Assembly: GCA_963749495.1 (NCBI GenBank)
Contig: CAVVMW010000016.1
Location: 71,708 to 135,707, forward strand
DNA: 64,000 nucleotides
From: an uncultured bacterium
Lineage (GTDB): Bacteria > Verrucomicrobiota > Verrucomicrobiia > Limisphaerales > UBA8199
Direction of reading: 5' to 3'
Numbering within the stretch: the first letter of the stretch is position 1; each line of letters starts with the position of its first letter. The notes beneath the pieces were generated by a model. It was not told where the DNA came from. It searched no databases and saw only the letters and a program-made list of their open reading frames with translations. Shown piece after piece: positions 10,536 through 22,493 of this stretch. A program made the position numbers and the translations under genes.

Positions 10536-11384
10536 GGACCGGCCCGCCGCCCCCTCCCCACCGGGCGCTCCAGGGCCTTATACCTACGAACCCTGTGACA
10601 ACGTGGACCCGAACCCCGACTACGAAAACGTGCTCACGGACTGAGCATCGTCCTCTGGAACGCCGGTTCCGAGGCGGGCCTTTTCCTGGCGCTGGCATCT
10701 TCCCGGCCAGCTCGGCACACGGCCGGCACCCCTCCGGCGCAACTTTCAGCCGCTGTGCCGGCCCTCAGGCGCGACCACGCTCAAGGACTCCCGTGCTGCG
10801 CCGAAACCGGCACAATTTGCCGCTTGACGCCTCCTCCCCGTCTGGCCGCATGGCAATGGAATGAGCGAGACGCAAAACCAATTCTCCCTCACCCGCGCAG
10901 CGTCAATAACCGGCTGTGCGGCAAAAAAGCAATTTCCTATCACTCATAGCTGGTCTGCCGCTCGGTGGCGAGCGTGTTTTTCACCACTCGCAGGCTACCA
11001 GATTCCAGGCAGATCAGCTATCGCTTTGTGGCGCCGGCGCCCTCTCCGAGCCAAGCACTCCTTCACCAGGAATTGCTTAGCGGCGCCTCATGGCGGAGGG
11101 CGGGGCTGTCAAGGTGGAGCGCAGCAGGGCACGAGGGCACGTGGCGAGCAATACCTTGACAGCCCCGCCCGGAGCCATACCCTGGCCGCGCCGGAATTTC
11201 TTGAAGCCCTTGCCTCGGGCGCCACGGGAGGTTTCCCGACCACCCCCCTCCCTGTGGTCCGCCGCTCGAGCGGAGCACGTGTACAGCTATTTCACCCAGG
11301 AATTCTGCGGAAGACCCACATTTGACAATTCGGATTTTAGATGTCAATTGCCGAGCTCCCACCCCAATGTCTACGAACCTTTTC

Positions 11385-12821
11385 TTAGAACGGACGTATT
11401 CGATAAAAGCGAGCTGGGTAAAGCGCCGAGGCGGGATCCTGGAAAGAAAACACATCGGGATGACGATCGCGATTTGAGGTCCGCAAAGGGACCCAGGCGC
11501 CAATGGCGAGGTTCGTGCGGGCCTCCAGCAGAACGGGGAGGTGTGCCGCGGTACCAATTTGGAGGGTGAAATGGCCGGCCTGGACGCCGGGCACGTCGAG
11601 CGCCCCACTCCAAACGCCCCCAAGCCTCGAGGGATTAGACGGGACCCAACTGGGCCAACCGGTCGTGCCAGGCAGGTACCAGATGGCCCCTTCCTGGACC
11701 CCGAGAGATGCGAACTGGCTCAGCGACATCCTGGGCGGGGCGTTGGCCATGAAGAACACGCAACGGAGGAAGGGGCAGTCCGCAAACGCGTTGTCTCCGA
11801 GATTGGTCAGGCTGCCTTCGATCACGACGTTGGTCAGGGGGCACGCTGCAAAGGCCGACGCCCCGATGGTGGTCACGCTGCTGGGCAATGTCACGCTGCT
11901 CACCGCCGAGAACTGGAACGCGCTGTCCGGAATGATGACGACGCCTTCGGGAACGGTGTAGCTTCCGCCCAATCCCATCGGCCATTGCAGGAGGGTCGTG
12001 AGGCCCTTATCGAAAACCACTCCATTGACGCTGGCGTAAAACGCGTTATGCCCGTCCACGTTAATGGCCGTCATGCCAAGGCAGGTCACGAATACTTGCT
12101 CGCCCAGGTTGGTGACGCTGGCGGGGATGGTCACCTGTGTCAAGCCCGCGCCGTCAAAGGCCTGGTCACCAATACTGGTGACGCCGTTGGGAATCGTGAG
12201 GTTGGTCACCCATGGCGGAAGCCAAAAACCGCCCCAAAGCGCCCCTTCGACCGCGCCCCCAATGGCGGTCACGGGAAGCCCGTTGATGGTGGGTGGGAAG
12301 CTGACCGTGCGGCCGGAGCCGTCCCAATCCGTGACCGTCACGGCCGCGCCAATGGTTGTATAACTGAATATCGCCGGCGGGTTAATGAGGTTGGTGCACA
12401 AAAAGAAGGCCGAAATGCCTAAGGCGGTTAGGTTCGGGGGGAGGCTGACGTTCGTCAAGCCGCTGCAATAAGCGAACGCGCCGGCCGAGATGTTGGTGAC
12501 GGTCCCTGGAATGGTGAGGCTGGTCAAGCCGCAACCCTCGAAGGCTCTTTCTCCGATGCTCCTGAGGCTGTCGGGGATCGTGACGCCCGTCAACCCGGGC
12601 ACGAGAAAGAAGGCCCTATCCCCGATAGCGGTCACCGAGAGGCCATCGATGGCGCTTGGTATGATAACGTTGCCGCCGGACCCGCTATAGCTGGTGATGG
12701 TTGCCGAGCCCGCGTTGGTTGTGTAGCTGAAAGGACCGGACTGCTGCGCGCTCACTGACGCAAAGCCGCAGAAAAGCGCCAAGCCGACCACCGGCCCCAC
12801 GGATTGCCAAGTTGATGCCAT
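11385..12821 (-). CDS. BspA-type LRR secreted protein, copy 2
   Basis: Near-identical to 4157-5593 with a few amino-acid changes. Confidence 0.9.
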   Translation of the reverse strand: MASTWQSVGPVVGLALFCGFASVSAQQSGPFSYTTNAGSATITSYSGSGGNVIIPSAIDGLSVTAIGDRAFFLVPGLTGVTIPDSLRSIGERAFEGCGLTSLTIPGTVTNISAGAFAYCSGLTNVSLPPNLTALGISAFFLCTNLINPPAIFSYTTIGAAVTVTDWDGSGRTVSFPPTINGLPVTAIGGAVEGALWGGFWLPPWVTNLTIPNGVTSIGDQAFDGAGLTQVTIPASVTNLGEQVFVTCLGMTAINVDGHNAFYASVNGVVFDKGLTTLLQWPMGLGGSYTVPEGVVIIPDSAFQFSAVSSVTLPSSVTTIGASAFAACPLTNVVIEGSLTNLGDNAFADCPFLRCVFFMANAPPRMSLSQFASLGVQEGAIWYLPGTTGWPSWVPSNPSRLGGVWSGALDVPGVQAGHFTLQIGTAAHLPVLLEARTNLAIGAWVPLRTSNRDRHPDVFSFQDPASALYPARFYRIRPF

Positions 12822-13172
12822 ATCGTTCGCTGCAGCTTGGGCCTCCCACCCAGGCAAGTCAAGGAGGAAGTTCTCGGAGACCTGCGATTCAGACAGTGGG
12901 GGAAGGAATATGGTGCATATGGGCGGGGGGAGTTTTTGGCGACACCTTGGCCGGCCGCCGCGGCTTGGATTCAATGAAATCGGGGTCACATCTATACTTT
13001 GTTACAGTGTGAGTCCGGGTCACCAAATGCTCCGCATGAGTCCCAGATTTTCGCATGTTCCCGCTTTCTGATTCCAGGAGGCCAGCATGGGCGCCGACCC
13101 GAACGCTTGAGTTTCACGGTCCGTTCCGACGCCCTGAACCGGCCCACAAACATGGTGGACGAGGAAAAGTCA

Positions 13173-13905
13173 GTCCCGGAATTCTGAATATTCCCTCGAC
13201 AGCAATGGACTGTCCTGGGACCACCGGCACCTGAATAGTTACGCAAGGACATCAACCTGGCGCTGCTCGGCGAACCGGCGAATATCGAAGGCCTGTGGGT
13301 CCCGAACTCGAGGCCATGCGGCTCGATGAGGCACGAAGGAAACGGGACTCCAGCCAGGGGTAGTTTCCACGAGCGCCGCGAGTCCGTACCTTTGTCGCAA
13401 CCTTTGTCGCAGCCTTTGCCGGGTTGGCCGGGCCTCGACAAAGGTACCGACAAAGGTTGCGACAAAGGTCTGGGATCGGAGCTTCCAGGTTAGTTTTGCC
13501 AACCGCTCGACGGGCGCGCCGCGCTATCCCGGCGCGCGGATCGACTCCACGGGCGTGACCGGGTCAATGCCCAGCCAACAGAGGGCGCCGATGAAGTACC
13601 AGCCGGCGATGACCTGGATGACCACGCTCCAGTCGTTGCCTGCCGCCTGCAGGATGTAGGGAATGGTCCAGGGCGCGAGCAATCCCCCGAGGCAACCCCA
13701 GGTATTCATCAAGCCGGAGAGCGTCCCGGCAAAGCGGCCTCCCAGGTCCATGCACCCGGCCCAGGAACCGGGCATGGCCATGTCATTGCCGAAGCAGGAG
13801 CATCCCATGGCCGCCATCGCCAGCACCGGGTGTTTCAGCCGCGCGGACACCAAGAGCATCAGGCAGGCGAGCGCGCAGCCCGTTGCGCCCAGGCCGCGCC
13901 TGGCC
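13173..13905. repeat. ~730 bp direct repeat of 9803-10535
   Basis: Offset 3370; contains the deleted NTase, the 12-mer palindrome and the MFS 3' end. Confidence 0.95.
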
Positions 13906-14823
13906 CGCGCCACGCCGCCAAACCGCTTGACCAGCCGCGGGGTCAGCCAGCCGGTGAGCCAGCAACTGAGCCCCGCCAGGAACAGCGGCGGAGCAGCCAG
14001 CAAAGCCGCCAGGTAGCGGTCGGCCTCGGCCATCCCGAATTGCTCTTTGATGTAAGTCGGCAGCCAGGTGAGATAGAACCAGAAACCGTAGCTCAGACAG
14101 GCGTACTGCAGGCAGAGCAACCAGACTGAGCGGCTGCTCAAAAACCGCCCCCAAGGGACTGGTGCCCGGCCCACAGGACCGGCAGACTCTTCGTGCTCTT
14201 GGCCCGCCGGCGCTGGTCCGGTCAAAGGCGCCGCGCCCTGATCCGGCGGACGGTCACGGAACCAGCGGCAGAACAAAACCGCCCACACAAAGCCGATGGC
14301 GCCAAAGAGAAAGAAACTCCAGCGCCAGGTAGTGAAGTCCAGCACCGCGACCACCGCCAGTGGCGTAAAGGCGCCGCTCCAACGCGCCGCGACCCACATC
14401 AGGCTCTGGACCCGCGTGCGTGCGGCCCCGGCAAACCAGGCGCTGAAGGCCTTGGTGAGATTGGGAAAACAGCCAGCCTCGCCGGCGCCAAACAGGAACC
14501 GCGCTCCCAGAAGCGAAACGAACCCGCCCACCCAACCCGTCGCCACCGTAAAGAATGACCACCAACCGACCGCCCAGGTCAATACGCGGCGCGGCCCCAC
14601 CCGGTCGCCCAGCCACCCCAGCGGGACCTCAAACAGGCCGTAGGCGACGCCGAATGCGGTCATGACCAACCCCATCTGTTTCTTAGTCAATCCAAGGTCA
14701 CTGGCGATCCATGGCTGGGATTGCGAAATGCAGAACACGGTCCAGGTAGAGTATGGCGGCCAGGCTCACCGCAAAGAGCAGCAGCACACGGCGGGCACGC
14801 TGGCGCTTGGACTCAGTGGTCAT
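13524..14823 (-). CDS. MFS transporter (ACS/galactonate-like), frameshift near 14735
   Basis: ILYLDRV/CIS, motif A GWLGDRVGPRR, RFLFGAGEAGCFP, many TM segments. Confidence 0.9.
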
Positions 14824-14915
14824 GAACATATGCTCATGACCACTTAGAGTCCGTGCAAGAATTAATTCCGATTTCCCTGTCGGCGCACACAGCCAAAGCG
14901 TCCCGATGGATCGCT

Positions 14916-15100
14916 GTCCCGGAGGGACACATGAGAATAGCCCAATGCTTTAGCATTGGGTTGGCGTGCCCCAAAAGGGTCCAGTCCCGAAGGGACGGCT
15001 GAACGGCCCGACATTTCAGCCGTCCCTTCGGGACTTGACGGCCTCGGCCCCACCACCCAACGCTGAAGCGTTGGGCTATTCTCAGCCATCCCTCCGGGAT
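14916..15100. repeat. REP/REPIN-like nested palindrome, family A (second copy 42731-42917)
   Basis: GTCCCGGAGGGAC / CCCAA..TTGGG / GTCCCGAAGGGACGGCTGA..TCAGCCGTCCCTTCGGGAC symmetric arrangement. Confidence 0.85.
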
Positions 15101-15322
15101 GAGAAGCAAGTGAGCAAGGCACATCCGGTTACTTATAAACCTGGGTCTAAAGCCAATCGGAGTTTCGAAATGTGTGATCTGGCTTGCGGGCCGGCTTGCC
15201 CGGATTGCGCAGGCAGGTTGGTAACTTGGCCGAGGGCGTTGGTGTGAAGGCACAGCAGCGCCAGGCCGAGCGGCGCGAGGGTCGTTATTCTCAATTCTTA
15301 TGGCCAGACGAACGTGCCCGGC

Positions 15323-15588
15323 GGTCTGAGCGGCGTGATTGCCATTGCGGCGGGAGACATATTCAGTCTGGCGCTCAGACAGGACGGGACGGTGGCCGGA
15401 TGGGGGGAATCACCCTCACCGGAGCGATAGGGAGCAAGCGTCGCATTGACTACATCAACCAGTTTGGCCCGACCGACGCCTGGGTGACGCTGGACACCGT
15501 CACCTTGACCAACGGGGCGCAGCCTGACTTCGACCTGACTATGTGGCGGCAGCCCGCTCGGCTTTACCGGATCGTTCCGGTGCCGTAG
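15323..15588 (+). pseudogene. Remnant of an RCC1-repeat secreted protein (one repeat joined out of frame to its C-terminal domain)
   Basis: GLSGVIAIAAGDIFSLALRQDGTVAGWG followed by GITLTGAIGS...QPARLYRIVPVP. Confidence 0.7.
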
Positions 15589-16208
15589 CCGTCCTGGTTC
15601 GGACCTGACAGAAGGCAAGGAACGAAACGACCTATTATCTCCGAGGCGGCGCCAAGGTGCGCGGCGCTCCGGTGGCATCCGCTTCCCACGACCATGAAGT
15701 TCTCCAATTGGTCGCTTTCAGTCTGTTCACTCTCCCTCTCGGGACCGACCCCTCTCCCTCTGGAGACAGTTTGTTTCGTACTCAAGGGCTTACGTCTCAT
15801 GCGCCAGCCTGAAAAACTCTCGTGTAATGAACCTTCGGAAGGGGAGAGGCCGCGGTGAGGGCTCGGCCCCCGTGACACCCCCGCCTTCACTGAGAAGGTG
15901 TGAAAAAGTGCCAAAACGGGCACCATCTCCAAAAACACCCCTCTGTTTTCCTGGGGATTTTGAAGATTTTTTTCGCGCCTTGGGGCCGGAAATCGATTTT
16001 TTCACACCTTCTGAGGCCTTACACCCATGAGCATTTCAGCCTCAACATTGTCCTCCTTCAAGGCATGTTTCGGGTTCATGGCTAACATCTGGCCGCCCGA
16101 TCCCCGGCCCGTCTTCCGCGAAAAACCCTGGCAGCTTCGGAATGACTGAGTATCGATGCTCCGAAGGGCAATTATTTGTGTCGGCTTTTGGCCCGAGCGG
16201 CAGTCTAT

Positions 16209-16772
16209 ATGGTGAATGACGATATGAACGTGACCGATCAGGAACTCGAACAATTGCGCCGGGACAATGCGGCTCTGCTGCGGCTGCGAGCGGAAGCCGG
16301 ACAGTTGCGCGCCGAACTGGCGGAATTGGGGAGATTGCGCGCCGAGAACGAGCGGTTCCGCGCAGCGTTCCCAGGGGTCCTCCTGGTCAAGGATATGGCC
16401 AAAGCGAAGGCCGCCCAGGAAACGGAGACTTGCATGAACCATCTGAGGGAGATTTATATTGCCGGCATGGTCCGGGCCCGGGACAATGGGGACCGCTACC
16501 CCCAGAATTTCTTGACCACGAGCAACGATCTCCTGGTCCCGTTTATCCTGCACTGTCCCGCCGACAAGGCACACATCAGGCCGCAGTCCTGGGCCGAGGC
16601 GGCCGCCGGGAATGTCAGCTACCAGTCGTTTGCGCTCGGCACGGTTCCCGATGAGGGAAAGATTTACGCCTGGTTTCCGATTCACCACCAGGGCATCACC
16701 GCTCATGGCCGGGTGGCCGGACCCAGCCCTGACGCCGCAATGCTCGCACTCCCGCAATCCAAAGATCGATAG
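16209..16772 (+). CDS. Coiled-coil protein with pseudopilin/DUF1559-like C-terminal motif
   Basis: Heptad LRAE repeats, then CMNHLREI...DRYP...ILHCPAD. Confidence 0.55.
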   Translation: MVNDDMNVTDQELEQLRRDNAALLRLRAEAGQLRAELAELGRLRAENERFRAAFPGVLLVKDMAKAKAAQETETCMNHLREIYIAGMVRARDNGDRYPQNFLTTSNDLLVPFILHCPADKAHIRPQSWAEAAAGNVSYQSFALGTVPDEGKIYAWFPIHHQGITAHGRVAGPSPDAAMLALPQSKDR

Positions 16773-16780
16773 AGGTGGAC

Positions 16781-17565
16781 ATGAAAATCCAGAGGACTTG
16801 TCTCAATTGGATTGGTGGAATTCTGTGTCTTGCCGCAGCCGGTGCAGTGGCCATCCAGGCGGACAGGATCGCCGGGCTGCGCGGGGCAAATCAGGGGCTG
16901 CGCAACAGTGAGAAGGAGGCCGCGGAGTTGAGCCGACAGAACCAGGAAATGCCGCGGCTGCGCCAGGAGACTGCGGCCATAGCTGAACTCCGTGCCGCGA
17001 ACCAAGGCCTGCTGGCGCTTCGGAATGAAATCCACCAACTGCGAAGCGGGAAAGAGGAGTTGGCCGAAGCGCGCGCTGATAACCAGCTTTTGCTCGACCA
17101 GCAAAGAGCGTCGAGCGGCCAGCAGGGAACCACCCCGCCGCCGGCGGATCTATTCCAAAAGCGGCGCTGGTTGATTCGGGGTTCGGCAGCCCGGAGGCCA
17201 CGGTCCGGACCTTTTTCTGGGCCCTGTGCCGCGGAAACCTGGCACGCATGGTGAATTGCTACGGATGGTGGGCCCCCGGCGAACAAGAAGGAGGCGAGGT
17301 GTCCGCCGAAACATTGAGCCAGGCAAAAGTAATACTCCGCGCGATCGGCCTGGAAGCTCAGGCTGGGTCCACCCAAGACTTGCGCGATTGGCTTGCGGCT
17401 CAAACCCGCTGTTTTTCAGGTTACCAAATTGCCGGCCAGAAAGCCGTCTCCCCGAACGAAGTCGAAATCCGGGTGCAAGGTCTCAACGGCGGAGGGGTCC
17501 TGGCGGTGTTTTTGCGGCGGGGGCGGGGACCATTTGGTGAGGAGTGGACAATCTTCATGGATTAA
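16781..17565 (+). CDS. Membrane-anchored coiled-coil hypothetical protein, frameshift near 17150
   Basis: N-terminal hydrophobic helix and coiled coil; continues in ORF 17248-17565. Confidence 0.5.
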
Positions 17566-17609
17566 GCCTCGTTTCTGAATTTATGGAGCTAAACGCTCGT
17601 CCTGTTGCT

Positions 17610-18286
17610 ATGCCAAAGCGGGTCAAAAACGTGCTCGTCTTTTTCCTCATCGCCATTGTTGGCGTAGTTGTCTGGCAAGTGGCGCAACGCCGTGAGCCTG
17701 AGCCTGTTTACCGGGGTAAGACGTTGAGCAGTTGGCTAAGGGGTTATGTCACATCACCCAATCTCGCACAAGAGTGCGACGAGGCCGTTCTCCAAGCAGG
17801 CACCAACGCTTTTCCCACCCTCCTGCGACGGCTCCGTGCGAAGGATGCGGCTCGATGGCCAAGTTAATAACCTTGTTGCAACGCCAGCACATTATCAAAA
17901 TCGAATTCACACCTGCGGCGGCTTGGAACGCCGCGGCGGCGTCCGCCTTTTGGTTATTGGGTACGAACGCCCAGACTGCTGTGCCGGCGTTGATACAAAT
18001 TGCTGACCAGGACATTTCTCCCGAGTCCCAACGCTCTGCGATTTACTCACTGGCCGGCATCGGCCCAGCAGCGAAAGAGGCTGTTCCTTCACTATTACGC
18101 TGGACGACCAATGCAGACCCGATGGTGCGAAACACGGCAAGGTTCTCGCTTTTTGTCATTGACCCAGAAGCCGCCGCCAAAGCAGGCATCACAAACACCT
18201 GGCCGCGTTTCTCGCGCCGTCAAAGTGACGAACAAATTGACCAGCGGGTGACTAACGCCAAAGCACGCATCACTAACCTCCGTTGA
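17610..18286 (+). CDS. HEAT-repeat membrane protein, frameshift near 17855
   Basis: TM helix, EPVYRGKTLSSWL, AVPALI, IGPAAKEAVPSLL. Confidence 0.7.
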
Positions 18287-18441
18287 AGAGACCAAGGCAG
18301 GCGTTGTTTCTTCCCTTCCCTGATTGTATCTATGCGGATGCAACCGCGATGACATGGGGCTGCCCCAATGCCGGCCAGTCCCAACCCGGGATCGCTGAGC
18401 GGCTCTGTCTTCCGCGTATTCCGCCTATTCCGCGGTTGCCC

Positions 18442-18564
18442 TCAGTTGCCATAGCCATATCGGCCCCGCTCCGCCACGATGCGCTCCAGTTGGAGCTTGG
18501 GATAACGGCCAAAGTTGACCAACAGCCCGAGCTTGAACCCGGTCGCCTTGAGGTAGTTTTGCTT
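18442..18564 (-). pseudogene. GxxExxY (PD-(D/E)xK) protein, C-terminal remnant
   Basis: QNYLKATGFKLGLLVNFG...LERIV is the characteristic GxxExxY C-terminus. Confidence 0.8.
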
Positions 18565-18752
18565 TTCATGGCCGGCGAGGCTAGCAAAGCTCCGAAGAAG
18601 AATGAACCGCGGAATACGCGGATTATGTGGAGCTCCACATAACGCGGAATACGCGGAAATGAACAAGTCTAATGGTTACTGTTTTGTCCCGCACCCGCCC
18701 GGAGCGCCGGACAGAATATTCACTTTCACAAAGGCCCGGCTGGTGCTAAAAC

Positions 18753-21259
18753 GTGCAGGGTGTGAGAATTGACGTGTCCTTCGTTAGACCCAGGTTCAGA
18801 CGCAGTCGGACATCCACGGGGCGAGTGCCGAGTGCCGAGTGTCGAGTCAACGCGGACCAGCCGCCGCCCGTCACTCGTCACTCGTCATTCATCACTCGTC
18901 AACGGCGTCCGGATAGCCTTGAATCGAGGGCCAGGCCTGCCGGCCGGCCCGCCTGTCTTGCCGGGTTTGTGCTCGTGGCCGGCGCGCTCGCCTGCCTCTC
19001 CGCCCAGAGCGACCAGGTGATTTATTCGGATTCGTTGCAGAACGGGTGGCAGGAGTGGGGTTGGACGGCGATCAACTACGCAAACACGGCGCCGGTCCAT
19101 TCAGGGTCCGACTCGATCAGCGTCACGGTTACCAATCCCTGGCAGGCCATCTACATTGCCCACGCTGCCTTCGACTCGAGTCCCTACACCAACCTCACCT
19201 TCTGGCTCAACGGCGGCGCCGCCGGGGGCCAGCAGTTGCTGATCCAGGGACACGCCGGCGGCAGTCCCCAGGCCACTTTCGCCTTGCCGCCGTTGGCCGC
19301 AAACAGGTGGCAGCCGTTCAACGTCTCGCTCGCCGCCCTGGGCGTCGCCAACCGCCTCGACATGGACGGGTTCTGGATCCAGGACCGCATCGGCGCGGCA
19401 CAGCCAACGTTTTACCTTGACGACATTACCTTGGTGGCCGGCACGACGCCCCCCGCCACCAACACGCCGCTCGCCATTACCGTGGACGCGCGCCTCAACC
19501 GCCGGCCGATCAGCCCCTTGGTTTATGGCGTCGCCTTCGCCACCTCCTCCAACCAGCTCGCCGACCTCAATTGCCCCATTCACCGCTCAGGCGGAAACAA
19601 CGAGACCCGCTACAACTGGCAAATCAACGCGCACAACCTCGACGCCGATTGGTACTTCGAAAGCTATCCCGATTCGAGCGCGACGCCGGGACAAACCGCC
19701 GACACGTTCGTCGCCAACAGCAAGGGCGCCGGGGCCGAGCCGATGATCACCGTGCCGATGATCGGCTGGGCGCCCAAGCTCGGCCCGGGCGCGCCATCCT
19801 CTATAGCTACTCGGTAGCCAAGTACGGCCCGCAGACCTCGACCGACCCCTGGCACCCCGACGCCGGCAACGGCAAGAGCAGCACCAACGCCAGCGTCCCG
19901 ATCACCTGGAACGACCCCAACGACGCCAATTTCCCAACCAACACCGCCTTCGAGGAGACTTACGTCCAGCACCTGCTCCAGCAGTGGGGCTCCTCCACCA
20001 ACGGCGGCGTCCGTTACTATATCCTCGATAACGAGCACAGCCTCTGGCACTCCACGCACCAGGACGTCCATCCCGTCGGCCCGACCATGGAGGAGATCTG
20101 GACCAACATGCTCGCCACCGCCGGCATGATCAAATCCAACGACCCCAATGCCCTGGTCCTGGGCCCCGAAGAATGGGGGTGGAGCGGCTATCTCTACAGC
20201 GGCTTCGACCAGCAATGGGCGGGCGCTCACTCCGACTGGAACCCCGCCCGCTTTCCCGACCGCAGCGCCCACGGCGGGTGGGACTACATGCCCTGGCTCC
20301 TCAGCCAGTTCCACCAGCACGACACCGCCTCCGCCCAGCGCCTCCTGGACTGCTTCACCCTCCATTGCTATCCCCAGGAGAACAATGTCAGCGGCAGCGA
20401 TGTCTCCGCCGCCACCGTCCTGCTGCGCAACCAGAGCACACGCGTGTTCTGGGACAGCAACTATGTTGACCCGAGCTGGATCAACAGCGTCATTATGCTC
20501 ATCCCGCGCATGAAAAACTGGGTCGCGACCAATTACCCGGGCACCAAAACGGGGATTACCGAATACAACTGGGGCGCCGAGACCAACGTCAACGGCGCGA
20601 CCGCACAGGCCGACATCCTGGGCATCTTTGGCCGGGAGGGCCTTGACCTGGCAACCCGTTGGACCACTCCCGCCACGGGCACACCCTCTTACAACGCCAT
20701 CAAAATGTACCGAAACTACGATGGCAACAAATCAACGTTCGGCGACACGAGCGTCTCGGCGGCAACGGCCGCCAACCCCGATAACCTCTCGACCTTCGCC
20801 GCCCTGCGCGCCGCCGACGGCGCCCTCACGACAATGGTGATAAACAAGCAAGCCGGCGCCGCCCCCACCGTCACCGTCACCGTCACCAATGTTCAGGGCT
20901 CTGGCGCCGCCCAGTTTTGGCAACTCACCGCTTCCAACGTCATCACCCGCCTTCCCGACATCCCCTTGGCCGGCAATACATTCACCAGCACGCTCCCGCC
21001 CCAGAGCATCAGCCTCTTTGTCCTGCCCGCCTCCACCCCAATAGCGCCAATCCTTCGGCTGGATCCCCTGGGCCCCACCAACACCTTCGACTTCTGGCTG
21101 GATGGCCAGGCCGGCCAAAGCTATGTCATTTCCTGGTCCGGCGATTTGCGGACCTGGTTCCCGCTCCAAACCAACACCCTCGCCGGCACCTCGCTCCATT
21201 TCATCGTGCCGGCAACCAATGCCCCCGCCCGCTTCTTCCGCGCGCAATGGAAACCGTGA
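18753..21259 (+). CDS. Glycoside hydrolase family 44 with N-terminal CBM-like domain, frameshift near 19790 (start uncertain)
   Basis: ISPLVYG, RSGGNNETRYNW, LDNEHSLWHSTHQDVHP, GITEYNWG, AQADILGIFGREG. Confidence 0.85.
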
Positions 21260-21446
21260 GTTGGAGGTGGCGTGAAGCTTCCGAACTGGTCATCGATCAT
21301 GCCGACGCAGCCGACAGAATGTCAATTGTTTACATCCGGCTCCCTCGTCTTACTGATGAAGAGTCTCTGGGCGCCGGAAGGACCGTCCAGGGTCTCTGCG
21401 GTCAGAATTTGCTTGCCACTCAGGGCGCGCGAACCGAGGCTAAGGC

Positions 21447-21810
21447 ATGGACAGAGCCAGAGCATTTGCCGCCAGACCAAAACGACGGCCGGCGAGTGCA
21501 GAGGATGTGCAAGAACTCATCCAACGGCACCCCGGCGAGTGGCTGGCGATAGACGTCAAGACCGAAACCGGCGGCCGACCAAAGGCAGGCCGGTTAGTCT
21601 GCCACGCGAGAGATCGAGACGCGGTGTGGCGGAAGACCAAAAGTTGACGCCGATTGTATATCCTCTATGCCGGGCCACCCCTCCAGGAGGGTTACGCTGC
21701 GGCGTTTCCACGATCTCCCGCGACAAAGCCCGGTGGACGGGCTGCTGGGCCTGTCATTCCTCAAGTGGTTTGACCTTGATCTTCACTTCCGAACGCGAAC
21801 GCTCAGGTTG
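21447..21810 (+). pseudogene. DUF5678-like small gene plus C-terminal remnant of a retropepsin-like aspartic protease
   Basis: ELIQRHPGEWLAID; VDGLLGLSFLKWFDLDLHF. Confidence 0.5.
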
Positions 21811-21840
21811 AGCGGCCCTTCGAGAAAGCTCCGCTCATCA

Positions 21841-21894
21841 AGCGTTCCCGCGACTCCTTCACCGCCGCGTCCGGCAAGCCAACGATGACAATAT
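21841..21894 (-). pseudogene. comM: comM/YifB fragment 2
   Basis: IVIVGLPDAAVKESRER signature of the ComM N-terminus; truncated afterwards. Confidence 0.8.
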
Positions 21895-22179
21895 TATCTT
21901 GTATTCTCCGTATGCACGGAGGGCCGATGTAAGTGGCTCTGTTACGATGTCTTACCGTTTTCGGCGCCGCCGTACTGGCCTTGTCTGGCGCAAGAAAGTC
22001 CACAACTTGTTTGGATGAAAGGTCTCCCCCACGGCCAGTTTTTCAATTCGTTAGCGGCTTCCGCGGAACCTAAACTTGTCGCTTGCCGTTTTCGATCGCC
22101 ATGGGGCCGCGGAGGCAATCGAGCGCGCGCACGGGTGTTGCCGCCCGGGAGGCTTGGTGCTAAGGTTGCCCGCGTGAGC

Positions 22180-22419
22180 ATGAATTATCTCGAACATCTC
22201 GAACGGCGGCGCAACGTGCGCGGCGGCGAACTGGTCGTCAGGGGCACCCGCGTGACGGTGCGCGCGTTGCTCGCCAGCCTGTCCGAAGGCTCGAGGCAGG
22301 AGGAAATCCTCGCCGACTTCCCGACCGTTTCGGCGGAAGCGTTGCGCGCGGTCATCGCTTTTGCTGCGGCGTCCGCGGAGGAAGATATGCCCGTGTCGCC
22401 CGTGCCGGCCGCCGCATGA
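22180..22419 (+). CDS. DUF433 antitoxin-like protein
   Basis: VRGGELVVRGTRVTV...EEILADFP...ALRAVIAFAA. Confidence 0.9.
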   Translation: MNYLEHLERRRNVRGGELVVRGTRVTVRALLASLSEGSRQEEILADFPTVSAEALRAVIAFAAASAEEDMPVSPVPAAA

Positions 22420-22493
22420 AAATCAAGTTGAACGAGAATCTGCCGGAAGCGTTGCTGACTGACCGTAAATTGCGCGTGCAACGGCCGCGCTGA
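22416..22493 (+). pseudogene. DUF5615 PIN-like toxin, internally deleted
   Basis: MKIKLNENLP start with ATGA overlap to DUF433; only 25 aa remain. Confidence 0.7.

Larger units (their letters stand above)
9921..12879. repeat. ~2.95 kb direct repeat, copy 2
   Basis: See copy 1; identity ends after GAAGTTCTCGGAG. Confidence 0.95.
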
